NCBI GenBank assembly: GCA_051294375.1
Contig: CM119265.1
Location: forward strand, 28,978,540-29,042,539
DNA from: Paraspadella gotoi
Lineage: Eukaryota > Animalia > Chaetognatha
DNA: 64,000 nt
Reading direction: 5' to 3'
A program made the position numbers and the translations under genes. Positions 62,981-64,000 of this stretch are shown here, in pieces (within the stretch, counting starts at the first letter, position 1; each line of letters starts with the position of its first letter). Under the pieces are notes generated by a model. That model made no database searches and had not been told where the DNA came from. It worked only from the letters and a program-made list of their open reading frames with translations.

Positions 62981-63034
62981 AAGAAGCGCTGATGAAGACT
63001 CGAAAATCCCAGAGTCGAAACATGTCTGCATTTT
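62981..63034 (+). ncRNA. Minimal type-I hammerhead ribozyme (Penelope-like-element type)
   Basis: CTGATGA (62989-62995), A, stem II GACTC/GAGTC with 10-nt loop, GAAA (63017-63020), palindromic ACATGT stem III, GUC cleavage triplet; stem I aagaagcg/tgcatttt is imperfect. Confidence 0.82.
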
Positions 63035-63870
63035 GATAAATAAATAATTGTAACAATTCATAATTCTTTGTAAATAGATAAATTATGAAAAAAAATTATG
63101 TCTGTCTGTGTCTGTCTGTCTGTCTGTCCGTCCAACCGTCCGTCCGTCCATCTGTCAGTCCGTTCTTCCTACCTTAGCAATAAACCCCAATTACTCGTGA
63201 TTGGATGGATGGATTTTAGCTGAATGGAAAAAAATAAAAAAATAAATTTCATTATTTTAACACTAATTGCTCATGATTTGATTGGGCGATTGACCTGAAA
63301 TTTTGTATGTGGGTAGAATCATGTGTGAGCAAGCTGGAAATCAAGTTTCGATGGAAACGTCTGAGTGGAAATGAGTTTAAATGGAAAAAATAAAAACCTG
63401 TTTCGCTAATTAATTATGCTTCTTTTTCTTTTTCTATTAAATGTAAATGCAAGATGTATTAAATATTCAAAATAGTAATCAGTTAATTAATCAATTAGTC
63501 AATTAATTAATCAATAAATGATTAATCAGTCAATCAATCAAGTCAATCGTTATCCGTATTATTCTCATCGTCGTCATTGCTTTTGTCGTGGTTAGTGACG
63601 AAAAGACCTAAAAACAAACATTTGGGATTAAATTAATTAATTAATTGACTAATTAAATAATTATTTAATTAATAATTAATTACTGATAATGATCGTGGGC
63701 AGATCCAACATTGTTTGCTCAAACTTTTTTCCATTTAAACTCATTTCCACTCGGAGGATTCCATCAAAACTTTATATCTAGTTCAATCACACACCTCCCT
63801 ACCGAAACAAAAAATTTCAATCCAAACCATCCATCCAATCACGAGTAATTGGAGTTTTTTGCTAAGGTGG

Positions 63871-63925
<55 letters not shown>

Positions 63926-64000
63926 GGACGGATGGACATTGTTTTTTTGCATGAGTTATCTTAATTCGATATTCTTACATGATATATGTGAATGCCTGAC

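Overview
Eukaryotic, AT-rich, intron-dense genomic DNA, probably from an invertebrate animal; the taxon cannot be fixed from sequence alone. It is a draft assembly with four N-gaps and apparent indel errors. Genes reconstructed by hand from splice sites: the 3' end of a PKA type-II regulatory subunit; an atypical Cdc42/Rac-like GTPase; a very large ricin-B-like, Gly/Ala-rich, acidic, LEA-like multi-exon gene; a secreted triple PAN/apple-domain protein; a Met-rich protein with a furin-type site; a His/Asp/Gly-rich protein; and a family of tiny basic/acidic two-exon genes, each followed by a putative single-pass membrane gene. The most notable signal is a set of small non-autonomous LTR retroelements (TRIMs) whose LTRs carry a 5' hairpin and a tRNA-like Pol III promoter. 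Two are full-length, with a tRNA-Trp-like primer-binding site (PBS), a polypurine tract (PPT) and 4-bp target-site duplications (TSDs); solo LTRs of at least three distinct families share the same termini and layout. Also present: a Penelope-type minimal hammerhead ribozyme, Helentron/HINE-like repeats, several MITEs, a ~3.6-kb tandem duplication and a long palindrome.
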